Origin: Eledone cirrhosa
Lineage: Eukaryota
DNA: 64,000 bases
Direction of reading: 5' to 3'
Assembly: GCA_964016885.1 (NCBI GenBank)
Contig: OZ024743.1
Coordinates: 65,658,001 to 65,722,000, forward strand
Positions 11,481-23,700 of this stretch are shown here, piece by piece. The notes beneath the pieces are model-generated. The model ran no database searches, was not told the origin of the DNA, and saw only the letters and a list, made by a program, of their open reading frames with translations. Within the stretch, counting starts at the first letter, position 1, and every line of letters begins with the position of its first letter. Position numbers and translations under genes: made by a program.

Positions 11481-11972
11481 CTGTGTGTGTGTATAAACAA
11501 GAGGCATAAGTCTACATTTCATAATTTTCTTCTTTTAACGGTAATAAAAGAAGTAAATTATGAAATTTGGCCACTTACACCATTTGTAAGTTTTATGTAT
11601 TTGCAGGTGTGAGTTCGTGTCTGATAGGTGATAATGTTTACTTTTCCTTTAACTAGTGGCCTGTTTAACTATCTTTCATACTGAAAATAAAAGAAAAAAA
11701 GAAAAAAAAAAGAAAAAAAGAAAAAGAAAAACGAAACAACAACCCCTTGTTGAAGCAACTTATTTTATGTTAACATACATCAAAAATTCAAAATTTGCTT
11801 AACGTTTCGTGAATACATTTGATTCAATATATATAATCACACCACCAGTTTGAATATAATCACATCACCAGTTTGAAGAGCAGATCGATAATTGGGGCGG
11901 ATCCTTAACTCCTATTGATGACCTTATGTATGTATGTATGTATGTATGTATGTATGTATGTATGTATGTATG

Positions 11973-12004
<32 letters not shown>

Positions 12005-12086
12005 GAGTAAAGAGAAATAACAACACAATCAGTACAGTATATGGAAGGAATATATTAGGTTAACGCTTCAAATAGCAGAAAGAGAG

Positions 12087-12122
12087 TCTTAACGTTTCGG
12101 ACGCTAGTCTTTCATCAGAAGA
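12087..12122 (-). ncRNA. minimal type I hammerhead ribozyme motif
   Basis: Minus strand: UCUU CUGAUGA A AGAC-uagc-GUCC GAAAC GUU/ AAGA. Palindromic ACGU stem III, 4-bp stem I, one stem II mismatch. Lies within a probable pLTR (~12003-12320). Confidence 0.65.
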
Positions 12123-12882
12123 AAGAATGAGAAATTAGATAGATTGAAGGGACGGGTGGGATGGAATTAGAAAAAATGTTTTAGATTGGGCATGTTGAAG
12201 GTACTAGGGTGGGAGTGAAAAATAGACGGGTGAGAAGAAGGTAGTTTAAGAAGATTATAGTAGAAGAAAAGTGATAGAGTCGTGGTATATTTTAATAATG
12301 AAAGAAGTAAAGAAAATATCAGTGGTGGAAGTTCAGGTAAACTCCGGGTGTATATCCAGTTTTAGAGTGAAAATCCAATTTTAAAATCCAACGAATTTGA
12401 GACGTCCACACACACACACACGTCCACACACACACACACACACACGTACTCTCGTGTCTCGAATAATCGACCCCCCCACGCCTAATTCGCTTATTAAATT
12501 TTGCTAATCTCAAGAAGAAGAAACAACCTCAGTAGCAGACTGGTATTTTTTTTTTATCGAGCAGGAATGGATGAAAAGGCAAAGCTGACCTCGGCAGGAG
12601 TTGAACTCAGAGAGTCGAAATACCGCAAATCATCATCATCTACACTAGGCGATGGGTTTCTCGTAAATTATGACAACACAATTTATTAAAACCAGTCAAG
12701 TATCATGTGACAAGAGTGTCACAATCAATTGAAACCGGTTACAATAAAAAAGATATTTGATAAAACTTAATGTACTTGATGTACTAAATATAGAAATATA
12801 TTTGTTTTATTGGATTATAGGAAAGAGATTTTTTTAGATATACATTTCTGGGAATATACCTTTTTTATTTTCTGCCTACCTA

Positions 12883-12926
<44 letters not shown>

Positions 12927-12997
12927 CACATATCTTTATATATGTTTATATATGTATATATAAATATACATATATTTGTTCCCGTTTAAATTTGCAC

Positions 12998-13029
<32 letters not shown>

Positions 13030-13030
13030 A

Positions 13031-13393
13031 AAGAAGAAATTAAAAGATGGTTAAAAAAGATCCATATATTTTATTATGCGCATTTCGAAAACAACATCAT
13101 CCTGGGACAAAAATTGTGTTCTCATCAGATAAAATAAGGTAACATGATATGAAGCCTAAAAACACTTGTCAACAGGAAAGTGCAAAGTCTATATGTTACC
13201 TTATTTTATAAGATGAGAACACAATTTTTGTCCCAGGATGATGTTGTTTTCGAAATGCGCATAATAAAATATATGGAACTTTGTTAAACATCTTTTAATT
13301 TCTTCTTCAATATATACTCCAGTTCTACCAACTGTTGAGTGCTACTTATCTGATATATGATGCATAGTTTTATTGTTCTACAATATTACTCAC

Positions 13394-13395
<2 letters not shown>
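13031..13395. mobile_element. Penelope-like inverted pLTR pair, family P3
   Basis: 13031-13145 is inverted to 13193-13307; both arms carry the hammerhead region; sits in (TA)n. Confidence 0.75.
13068..13135 (-). ncRNA. type I hammerhead ribozyme motif
   Basis: Minus strand: AUUUUAU CUGAUGA GAACACAA...UUGUUUUC GAAA UGCGCA UA/ AUAAAAU. The + strand twin (13203-13270) has a CUGAUGA>AAGAUGA core mutation. Confidence 0.82.
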
Positions 13396-13471
<76 letters not shown>

Positions 13472-13594
13472 TATATCAATAATATTGATAAATGGAAGCT
13501 AGGTATCTTTATAAAACCATATTTATTTTATTATATATATGTCAAGGTTACCAAAATTTTGGTACGCTCTCATTATATATATATATTTATATAT

Positions 13595-13719
<125 letters not shown>

Positions 13720-14158
13720 ATTCAAGTAAAAGAACGTTCGTTGATCAATTAACCGACCGACAAAGTGTAAACAGTAATGAGCACACTACGACGCCGTCCC
13801 CTGAGGTATCAGACGGAGTGTCAATCGTATAAAGAGAAGGTTTTATGCATAAATTCTCTGAATATTATAATATATAAATTCTCTGAATATTAATAAATGG
13901 AGGATGTATACATAACACCGTCTCTCTTTATTTATGATATATATAAAACTAATCAGATTAGACAACAATATATATATATTGTTGTCTAATCTGATTAGTT
14001 TTTTCGTTGTTTTAGGTATTGTATGGCTAGGTCAAGCTGTCTAAACGTATGTTATTACTTTAAGGCTTGCAACCTTATTGAGTGCTTTGCTGCTCATTCC
14101 TAATTGTAGGTCGTTAGCTTGGCCAGAGCCAAGGCTTCGATTTTACTAAGCTTCCATT

Positions 14159-14272
<114 letters not shown>

Positions 14273-14356
14273 ATTATATATATACAATCCCGGGTTCAAT
14301 CGGGGGTAACCACAGTAAGTAAGGTACTCAATACATCGCAGAGTATAAATATTTAA

Positions 14357-14480
14357 TATAGAAATGGCTTCTACAGGACTAGAACTGTTTCATTCGGAAG
14401 AAATCATCAGGAAGCTTCCTGATGATTTCTCCCGAATGAAACCGTTCTAGCAGTTCTAGTCCTGTAAAAGCAATTTCTAT

Positions 14481-14483
<3 letters not shown>
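14357..14483. repeat. palindrome made of two back-to-back hammerhead-containing pLTR halves (family P5)
   Basis: Symmetry centre AAGCTT at 14412-14417; the right arm has a small internal duplication. Confidence 0.8.
14367..14415 (-). ncRNA. type I hammerhead ribozyme motif
   Basis: Minus strand: GCUUC CUGAUGA U-UUC-uucc-GAA-U GAA ACAG-uucuaguc-CUGU A/ GAAGC. 5-bp stem I, 4-bp stem III, GUA site, U.U at the base of stem II. Confidence 0.7.
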
Positions 14484-14564
<81 letters not shown>

Positions 14565-14566
<2 letters not shown>

Positions 14567-15970
14567 GGAGGTGAGTTTTATTGTAGTACAATAAAGCAAT
14601 GCAGATATCGGATAAGAAGCACTCTACAGTTTGTAGGCTTGGAGTATACATAATATATAAGAACAAAAGATGGTTAAAGGAGTTCCATGTATTTTATTAT
14701 GTGCATTTCGCTAAATGTTCATAATCCAACTCTAAATCAAGAAACTATTATTCCTATCGCAAACAACTTCTCCAATCCAATTCCTTCTATAGATAACACT
14801 AGGTCACTCATTAATAATCTCTCTAATTGCAATTGCAATTGCCCTATTAAAAATAAATGTCCTCTCAACAACCATTGTCTTGATAAAAACTTAATTTATG
14901 AATGTAAAGTTATAACTGACACCAATTCCTTCACCTATTTTGGCTCCACTTCCACCTCTTTTAAAGCTCGTCTCTATCATCATCATTCATCTTTTAAATA
15001 CAAACTTAAAAGAACCAACACGGCTCTCTCAGAACTCATATGGTCCTTGAAAGACAAAAACATTAAATATACCATCTTTTGGAAGAAGGTTTCTTCTGCG
15101 TCTTAATACTTGAACAGTTCTCTATCTAAAATCTGCAATCTCTGCCTAAATGAAAAATTTACCATTATCTCTAATCTAGATTCTATAATAAATAGACGCA
15201 CTGACTTGTTTTCTATCTGCTTGCATAAATTCCATAAAACATTTCACAAAGTATACAGCTAATATTCAATTCTTTATCAATTTAGAATCTTTTTCTCAAA
15301 GGCACATATACATACACCTCTTTTAAAAATATACCCATCTTTCTACCTTATTTCAAAGGGTATTATACATTCTATAATACTTGTTTACTCATTACCCTTA
15401 CTCTATATCACCTTGTAAAATCCTTCGTAAACATATACATTTGTTTTGACGCTAGATTATTCATCCTTAATTCATTATTTTTTCTCCATATCATCTAACT
15501 CATTATTCTCAATACATATTAACATTTTCTTTTTCTTCGCACATATTATCAATTCCTTCAATATACAAACCTTAACTTCACATTATTTTTCTCAAATCCT
15601 TCAATATACAAACCTTAACTTTACATTATTTTTTTTTTTTCTCTTCGTTAATTTTCAAATTTCCATAATACTTGTTGACTCTTTCTACACCACCCATATT
15701 TATCACTTCCTTTTCCTCTCTTCTAATATCTAACCCCTAATCTGTACCTTTTCTCACTCTTGCCTAACATAGAATCATTTATTACATAATACAAAACATT
15801 CTTACTCTATATCACCTTATAAAAATCCTTCGTAAACATATACATTTTTTTTGACGTTAGAATATTTATCCGCAATTCATTATTCTCTTCTTCTCTCTAT
15901 CATCTAACTCATTATTCTCAATACATATTAACTCCCTCTCCTTCTTCGCACATATTTTTCCCTTCGTTAA
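14565..15970 (+). mobile_element. 5'-truncated Penelope-like element (Neptune-type) with an inverted pLTR fragment at its 5' end
   Basis: 14565-14712 is a P3-like pLTR in reverse orientation that breaks inside the hammerhead (ATTTTATTATGTGCATTTCG). It is followed by GIY-YIG coding sequence and an AT-rich 3' region with a direct repeat (~15398-15550 / ~15801-15955). Confidence 0.8.
14822..15263 (+). pseudogene. GIY-YIG endonuclease C-terminal remnant of a Penelope-like element
   Basis: CNCNCPIKNKCPLNNHC...LIYECKV...TYFGST..FKARLYHHHSSF...TALSELIW.LK, in-frame stop at 15104-15106, then CNLCLNEK...NRRTDLFSICLH. Confidence 0.88.
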
Positions 15971-15972
15971 GG

Positions 15973-16262
15973 ACCTCTGGTCCTCAGCAGTATGTTAGTC
16001 AGTGTCACCTTAGCTGAGCAGTGAAAACACACCTCTGGTCCTCAACATTCAGCAGTATATTAGTCCGTGTCACCTTAGCTGAGAAGTGAAAACACACCTC
16101 TGGTCCTCAACATTCAGCAGTATATTAGTCCGTGTCACCTTAGCTGAGCAGTGAAAGCACACCTCTGGTCTTCCGACGTCTGCTAGCCACTTTCAGCTTA
16201 GCTGAGCAGTGAAAGCATATTTCCGGCCCTCAACAGTTAGCTGTGTGATAGTTAGTGTCGAC
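15973..16262. repeat. 65-bp minisatellite, ~4 copies
   Basis: CCTCTGGTC recurs at 16032, 16097 and 16162. Confidence 0.85.
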
Positions 16263-16334
16263 TGGGTTTAAGATTCAGTACGTTTCAGTCCCTTGTCACC
16301 TGATCTAAATTTCTCCATCGATACAAATATTTTC

Positions 16335-16525
16335 CAGCGAGAAAAACAGAAAGATGGTTGGATAACATCCATGAGCTTGGCTGGTCTCGCTTGGGGATCC
16401 AGTGGGATCAGCTGGAGACGGTTACTTCTGATAGGCCCCACTGAAAGGAGTGTTTGACGACTCTGTCCCCCCACTCACCCATGATATTCTCAGGAATAAG
16501 TGGACAAAGAAGAAGAAGAAGAAGG
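16335..16525 (+). mobile_element. RTE-clade LINE 3' fragment with (GAA)n tail
   Basis: Translates as RWLDNIHELGWSRLGIQWDQLETVTSDRPH*, resembling the RTE C-terminal W.D.I...DR..W pattern; ends in AAGAAGAAG. Confidence 0.6.
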
Positions 16526-16589
16526 ATGAGGAGGATGAGGAGGAGGAGGAGGAGGAGGAGGAGGAGGAAGAAAAAGAGGAAAAGGGAAT

Positions 16590-16730
16590 AATAATTATAA
16601 TAATTGTTTCTACTTCTGGCACAAGGCCAGCAAATACCCAGTGCATTACTGGTACTTTATTTTATCGACCCCGTAAGGATGAAAGGCAAAGTTAACCTCG
16701 GCGGGATTTGAACTCAGAATGACAAGGGCC
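16590..16730 (-). mobile_element. SINE family A, 5'-truncated
   Basis: Nearly identical to 529-655. Confidence 0.8.
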
Positions 16731-16979
16731 GTTTTTTCTTTAAAAATAATGATATTAATTAATAAGTAAATTAATTTTCTCATCCAATTCAAATTACAAA
16801 AAAGGGCTTCCTCCTCCCCCCCCCCTCTTCTTTCCCCCTCCTTCTCTGGGAACACAGTCTATCTCTGTAATAATTTGTTTATATGGAAGCATTTTCACTT
16901 CGTCACAGAGTCTGTATGTCTCTGTGTACACACGTGTAGGTGTCTATGTATGGTTGTATCTGTTGTATATTACTCTATT

Positions 16980-17415
16980 GAAGGCACGTGGCCTTCTGGT
17001 TAGGGAATTCGGCTCATGATCGTAAGGTCATGAGTTCAATACCCGGCGATGCGCTGTGTCCTTGAGCAAGACACTTTATTTCAAGTTGTTCCAGTCCACT
17101 CAGCTGGCAAAAATAAGCTGTACTTGTAATTAGATGGGCCAGCTGTGTCACACTCTGTGTCACGCGGAATCTCCCTGAGAACGACCTTAAGGGTACACGT
17201 GTTTGTGGAATGCTCAGCCACTTATACATTAATTTCACGAGCAGGCTGTTCTGTTAATCATATCAACTGGAAGAGTCGTCGTCGTCACCGACGGAATGTC
17301 TCTATATATTCTTCTATTACGTGTTCCAGCCGACGTTAATCGTATCAACTGGAACACTCGTCGTCGCAACCGACGGAGTGTCTCTATATATTAGTCTATT
17401 ACGTGTTCCAGTCGA
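16980..17415 (+). mobile_element. SINE family B with duplicated 3' end
   Basis: GAAGGCACGTGGC head, GAGTTCAATACC B-box, CORE-like body; an ~80-bp tail plus flank is tandemly duplicated (~17253-17415). Confidence 0.8.
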
Positions 17416-17745
17416 CAGGCTGAGGCCATGATGGGGCACCAACATTTGGGGGATGTTTAATTATGTGTATGTAAATATGTGTTTTTCTTTTCTTTTATAT
17501 GTGTGTGTATGTGTGTATCAGTGTGTGCGCGTGTAAGCGTGTGTATATGTGTGCGTGTGTGTATTTGTGTGTATGTATTTGTGTGTATGTATTTGTATTT
17601 GATTAGTTGTATGTATGTGAGGAATAACGAAATCAGTTGAGAAAAGGAAAATATAGAAAGGATGGAAGATAGAAAGAGAGATATATCAATAGAAAGATAG
17701 AGAGGTAGATAGCGTTTGGCATAGAAGATATAGATAGAGGGAGCG

Positions 17746-17831
<86 letters not shown>

Positions 17832-17855
17832 ACATATATATATATATACAAATAT

Positions 17856-17910
<55 letters not shown>

Positions 17911-17914
17911 CATA

Positions 17915-17961
<47 letters not shown>

Positions 17962-18014
17962 ACACATACATATATATATATATAACATATATATATATAT
18001 ATATATACAAATAT

Positions 18015-18045
<31 letters not shown>

Positions 18046-18056
18046 CACACAAATAT

Positions 18057-18135
<79 letters not shown>

Positions 18136-18140
18136 CATAC

Positions 18141-18200
<60 letters not shown>

Positions 18201-18351
18201 GTATATATATATATATATATATAGAGGGATAGATAGATCGACAGTGTGTGTATGTTTTTATGTGTGTGGGTTTGCCAGTGGATGTGCGGAGGTGTGTGGG
18301 GTATGTGAGTGCGTGAGAGATAGATAGATAGATAGATAGAGATAGATAGAG

Positions 18352-18426
<75 letters not shown>

Positions 18427-18474
18427 AGAGGAGGAGAAATACGTTATCGCGAAAAGTGATGAAATATTTGCAAA

Positions 18475-18551
<77 letters not shown>

Positions 18552-18617
18552 ATATATTTATATATATAAATATATATATATATACATACATATATATATA
18601 CATACATACATATATAT

Positions 18618-18657
<40 letters not shown>

Positions 18658-18744
18658 ATATATATATATATGTGTGTATGTGTATACACACACATATATA
18701 TATATTCATATATATATACGTACATACATACATACACATATACT

Positions 18745-18786
<42 letters not shown>

Positions 18787-18841
18787 CGATCACATAGATA
18801 AACTGATAAACAAGGAAACAAATAAATTGATGTAGTTTTGA

Positions 18842-19895
18842 AACAACAACACCATCCTCAGCAACAACTACAACAACTACAACTACAACAACTACAACAA
18901 CTACAACAACTACACCATCAACAACAACAACAACAACTACAAAAGCAACAACAACTACAACTAGAGCAGCACCATTAACACCAAGTACACCACCACCAAC
19001 ACCACTAACACCAAGTACACCACCACCACCACCAACAACAAGTACACCACCACCACCACAAACAACAAGTACACCACCACCACCACCACCACCACCACCA
19101 ACAACAAGTACACCACCACCACCACCACCACCACCAACACCAAGTACACCACCACCACCACCAACAACAAGTACACCACCACCACCACCACCACCACCAA
19201 CACCAAGTACACCACCACCACCACCAACAACAACAACAAGTACACCACCACCACCACCACAACCACCAACAACAACAAGTACACCACCACCACCACCACC
19301 ACCAACACCAAGTACACCACCACCAACAACACCAAGTACACCACCACCACCAACAACAACAACAACAAGTACACCACCACCACCACCAACAACAAGTATA
19401 CCACCACCACCACCACCACCAACAACAAGTACACCACCACCACCAACACCAAGTACACCACCACCACCACCAACAACAAGTACACCACCACCACCACCAA
19501 CAACAACAAGTACACCACCACCACCAACAACAACAACAACAAGTAAACCACCACCACCAACACCAAGTACACCACCACCACCACCACCACCAACACCAAG
19601 TACACCACCACCACCACCAACAACAAGTACACCACCACCACCACCAACAACAAGTACACCACCACCACCACCAACAACAACAACAAGTAAACCACCACCA
19701 CCAACACCAAGTACACCACCACCACCACCAACAACAACAACAAGTACACCACCACCAACAACACCAAGTATACCACCACCACCACCACCACCACCACCAC
19801 CACCACCACCACCACCACCACCACCACCACCAACAACAACAACAACCAAAGCAACAACTACAGGAACGACGACGACAGCAACAACAATATCAACA
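18842..19895. repeat. (CCA)/(CAA) trinucleotide-derived minisatellite punctuated by CAAGTA
   Basis: Direct reading. Confidence 0.9.
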
Positions 19896-20062
19896 GGACA
19901 CTCATAAAAAGGAAAGCTCTGATAGGATCTTCACACCTTCTATGATGAACGTAACCCAAAGATGTTGAGATTCTCTGGCCAGCAGACAACTGAGATTGTT
20001 AACTTAAGTAAATAAACAATATTTTATTCATTTAAGATCTGGATGAGATTTTGTATAGAATA

Positions 20063-20118
<56 letters not shown>

Positions 20119-20310
20119 GCATATATACATGCATACACACACACACGCACGCACACACATATATATATATGTATACATTTATATACATACATATATATAT
20201 ATATATTCTCCCTTGCATTTATTTTTTTCTCTCAAATTCTCTGTCTGTCTGTCTGACTATATATATATATAGCTTTCTGTTTCTCTTTCACACACACACA
20301 CACACACACA

Positions 20311-20371
<61 letters not shown>

Positions 20372-20517
20372 TCTCTCTCTATATATATATATAATTACAT
20401 ATATATAGTAATATGTATGTATATATATATATATATATGTGTATAATTGTATACATATATATATATCTTTTTGTTGATAAATCTATGTGTGGGTGTATAT
20501 ATATATATATAACGATC

Positions 20518-20549
<32 letters not shown>

Positions 20550-20770
20550 CATGTGTTAGACGCCACCTTTAATTGATGTGCGGGCGTAGAGGAGCGTTCA
20601 AAATGTGTCTTTAAGCGGTTTTCTTTGGAATTATGCCGACCTAACCCAGACTAGATCCTCTATTGTTTTCTTTTTAATGTTTTTCATCTAGAAATACCGT
20701 TTACTAAACAAACCAGCTTTATTCTGATCGTATTTGAAAAAAAAATACTTTCAACATCGAAAATTACCCT

Positions 20771-23700
20771 TTTACGATCATAGTTGACATTGGTAACAGC
20801 AACAATGCCAGTCAATCTCCGAGTCAATTTACGATCATGGTTGACATTGGTAACAGCAACAATGCCAGTCAATCTCCGAGTCAATTTACGATCATAGTTG
20901 ACATTGGTAACAGCAACAATGCCAGTCAATCTCCGAGTCAATTTACGATCATAGTTGACATTGGTAACAGCAACAATGCCAGTCAATCTCCGAGTCAATT
21001 TACGATCATAGTTGACATTGGTAACAGCAACAATGCCAGTCAATCTCCGAGTCAATTTACGATCATAGTTGACATTGGTAACAGCAACAATGCCAGTCAA
21101 TCTCCGAGTCAATTTACGATCATAGTTGACATTGGTAACAGCAACAATGCCAGTCAATCTCCGAGTCAATTTACGATCATGGTTGACATTGGTAACAGCA
21201 ACAATGCCAGTCAATCTCCGAGTCAATTTACGATCATGGTTGACATTGGTAACAGCAACAATACCAGTCAATCTCCGAGTCAATTTACGATCATAGTTGA
21301 CATTGGTAACAGCAACAATGCCAGTCAATCTCCGAGTCAATTTACGATCATAGTTGACATTGGTAACAGCAACAATGCCAGTCAATCTCCGAGTCAATTT
21401 ACGATCATAGTTGACATTGGTAACAGCAACAATGCCAGTCAATCTCCGAGTCAATTTACGATCATAGTTGACATTGGTAACAGCAACAATGCCAGTCAAT
21501 CTCCGAGTCAATTTACGATCATGGTTGACATTGGTAACAGCAACAATGCCAGTCAATCTCCGAGTCAATTTACGATCATAGTTGACATTGGTAACAGCAA
21601 CAATGCCAGTCAATCTCCGAGTCAATTTACGATCATAGTTGACATTGGTAACAGCAACAATGCCAGTCAATCTCCGAGTCAATTTACGATCATAGTTGAC
21701 ATTGGTAACAGCAACAATGCCAGTCAATCTCCAAGTCAATTTACGATCATAGTTGACATTGGTAACAGCAACAATGCCAGTCAATCTCCGAGTCAATTTA
21801 CGATCATAGTTGACATTGGTAACAGCAACAATGCCAGTCAATCTCCAAGTCAATTTACGATCATAGTTGACATTGGTAACAGCAACAATGCCAGTCAATC
21901 TCCGAGTCAATTTACGATCATGGTTGACATTGGTAACAGCAACAATGCCAGTCAATCTCCGAGTCAATTTACGATCATGGTTGACATTGGTAACAGCAAC
22001 AATGCCAGTCAATCTCCGAGTCAATTTACGATCATAGTTGACATTGGTAACAGCAACAATGCCAGTCAATCTCCAAGTCAATTTACGATCATAGTTGACA
22101 TTGGTAACAGCAACAATGCCAGTCAATCTCCGAGTCAATTTACGATCATGGTTGACATTGGTAACAGCAACAATGCCAGTCAATCTCCGAGTCAATTTAC
22201 GATCATGGTTGACATTGGTAACAGCAACAATGCCAGTCAATCTCCGAGTCAATTTACGATCATAGTTGACATTGGTAACAGCAACAATGCCAGTCAATCT
22301 CCGAGTCAATTTACGATCATAGTTGACATTGGTAACAGCAACAATGCCAGTCAATCTCCGGGTCAATTTACGATCATAGTTGACATTGGTAACAGCAACA
22401 ATGCCAGTCAATCTCCGAGTCAATTTACGATCATAGTTGACATTGGTAACAGCAACAATGCCAGTCAATCTCCGAGTCAATTTACGATCATAGTTGACAT
22501 TGGTAACAGCAACAATGCCAGTCAATCTCCGAGTCAATTTACGATCATAGTTGACATTGGTAACAGCAACAATGCCAGTCAATCTCTGAGTCAATTTACG
22601 ATCATGGTTGACATTGGTAACAGCAACAATGCCAGTCAATCTCCGAGTCAATTTACGATCATGGTTGACATTGGTAACAGCAACAATGCCAGTCAATCTC
22701 CGAGTCAATTTACGATCATAGTTGACATTGGTAACAGCAACAATGCCAGTCAATCTCCGAGTCAATTTACGATCATGGTTGACATTGGTAACAGCAACAA
22801 TGCCAGTCAATCTCCGAGTCAATTTACGATCATGGTTGACATTGGTAACAGCAACAATGCCAGTCAATCTCCGAGTCAATTTACGATCATGGTTGACATT
22901 GGTAACAGCAACAATGCCAGTCAATCTCCGAGTCAATTTACGATCATAGTTGACATTGGTAACAGCAACAATGCCAGTCAATCTCCGAGTCAATTTACGA
23001 TCATGGTTGACATTGGTAACAGCAACAATGCCAGTCAATCTCCGAGTCAATTTACGATCATGGTTGACATTGGTAACAGCAACAATGCCAGCTCAATCTC
23101 CGAGTCAATTTACGATTAATCATAGTTGATATTGGTAACAGCACAATGCCAGTCAATCTCCGAGTCAATTTACGATCATGACATTGGTAACAGCAACAAT
23201 GCCAGTCAATCTCCGAGTCAATTTACGATCATGGTTGACATTGGTAACAGCAACAATGCCAGTCAATCTCCGAGTCAATTTACGATCATGGTTGACATTG
23301 GTAACAGCAACAATGCCAGTCAATCTCCGAGTCAATTTACGATCATGGTTGACATTGGTAACAGCAACAATGCCAGTCAATCTCCGAGTCAATTTACGAT
23401 CATGGTTGACATTGGTAACAGCAACAATGCCAGTCAATCTCCGAGTCAATTTACGATCATGGTTGACATTGGTAACAGCAACAATGCCAGTCAATCTCCG
23501 AGTCAATTTACGATCATAGTTGACATTGGTAACAGCAACAATGCCAGTCAATCTCCGAGTCAATTTACGATCATGGTTGACATTGGTAACAGCAACAATG
23601 CCAGTCAATCTCCGAGTCAATTTACGATCATGGTTGACATTGGTAACAGCAAAAATGCCAGTCAATCTCCGAGTCAATTTACGATCATAGTTGACATTGG

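Noticed and set aside
11590-11635. Possible splice acceptor or micro-exon (TTTGCAG|GTGTGAG)
   Set aside because: No supporting coding signal or partner exons; cannot be supported from sequence alone.
15973-16262. CTGA...GAAA in the 65-bp minisatellite as tandem hammerheads
   Set aside because: Reads CTGAGCAGTGAAA, without the NGA core or a stem II.
23085-23185. Cluster of indels in three consecutive satellite units
   Set aside because: Not reproduced in the duplicated copies of the same block (e.g. around 28980); most likely consensus or sequencing error.
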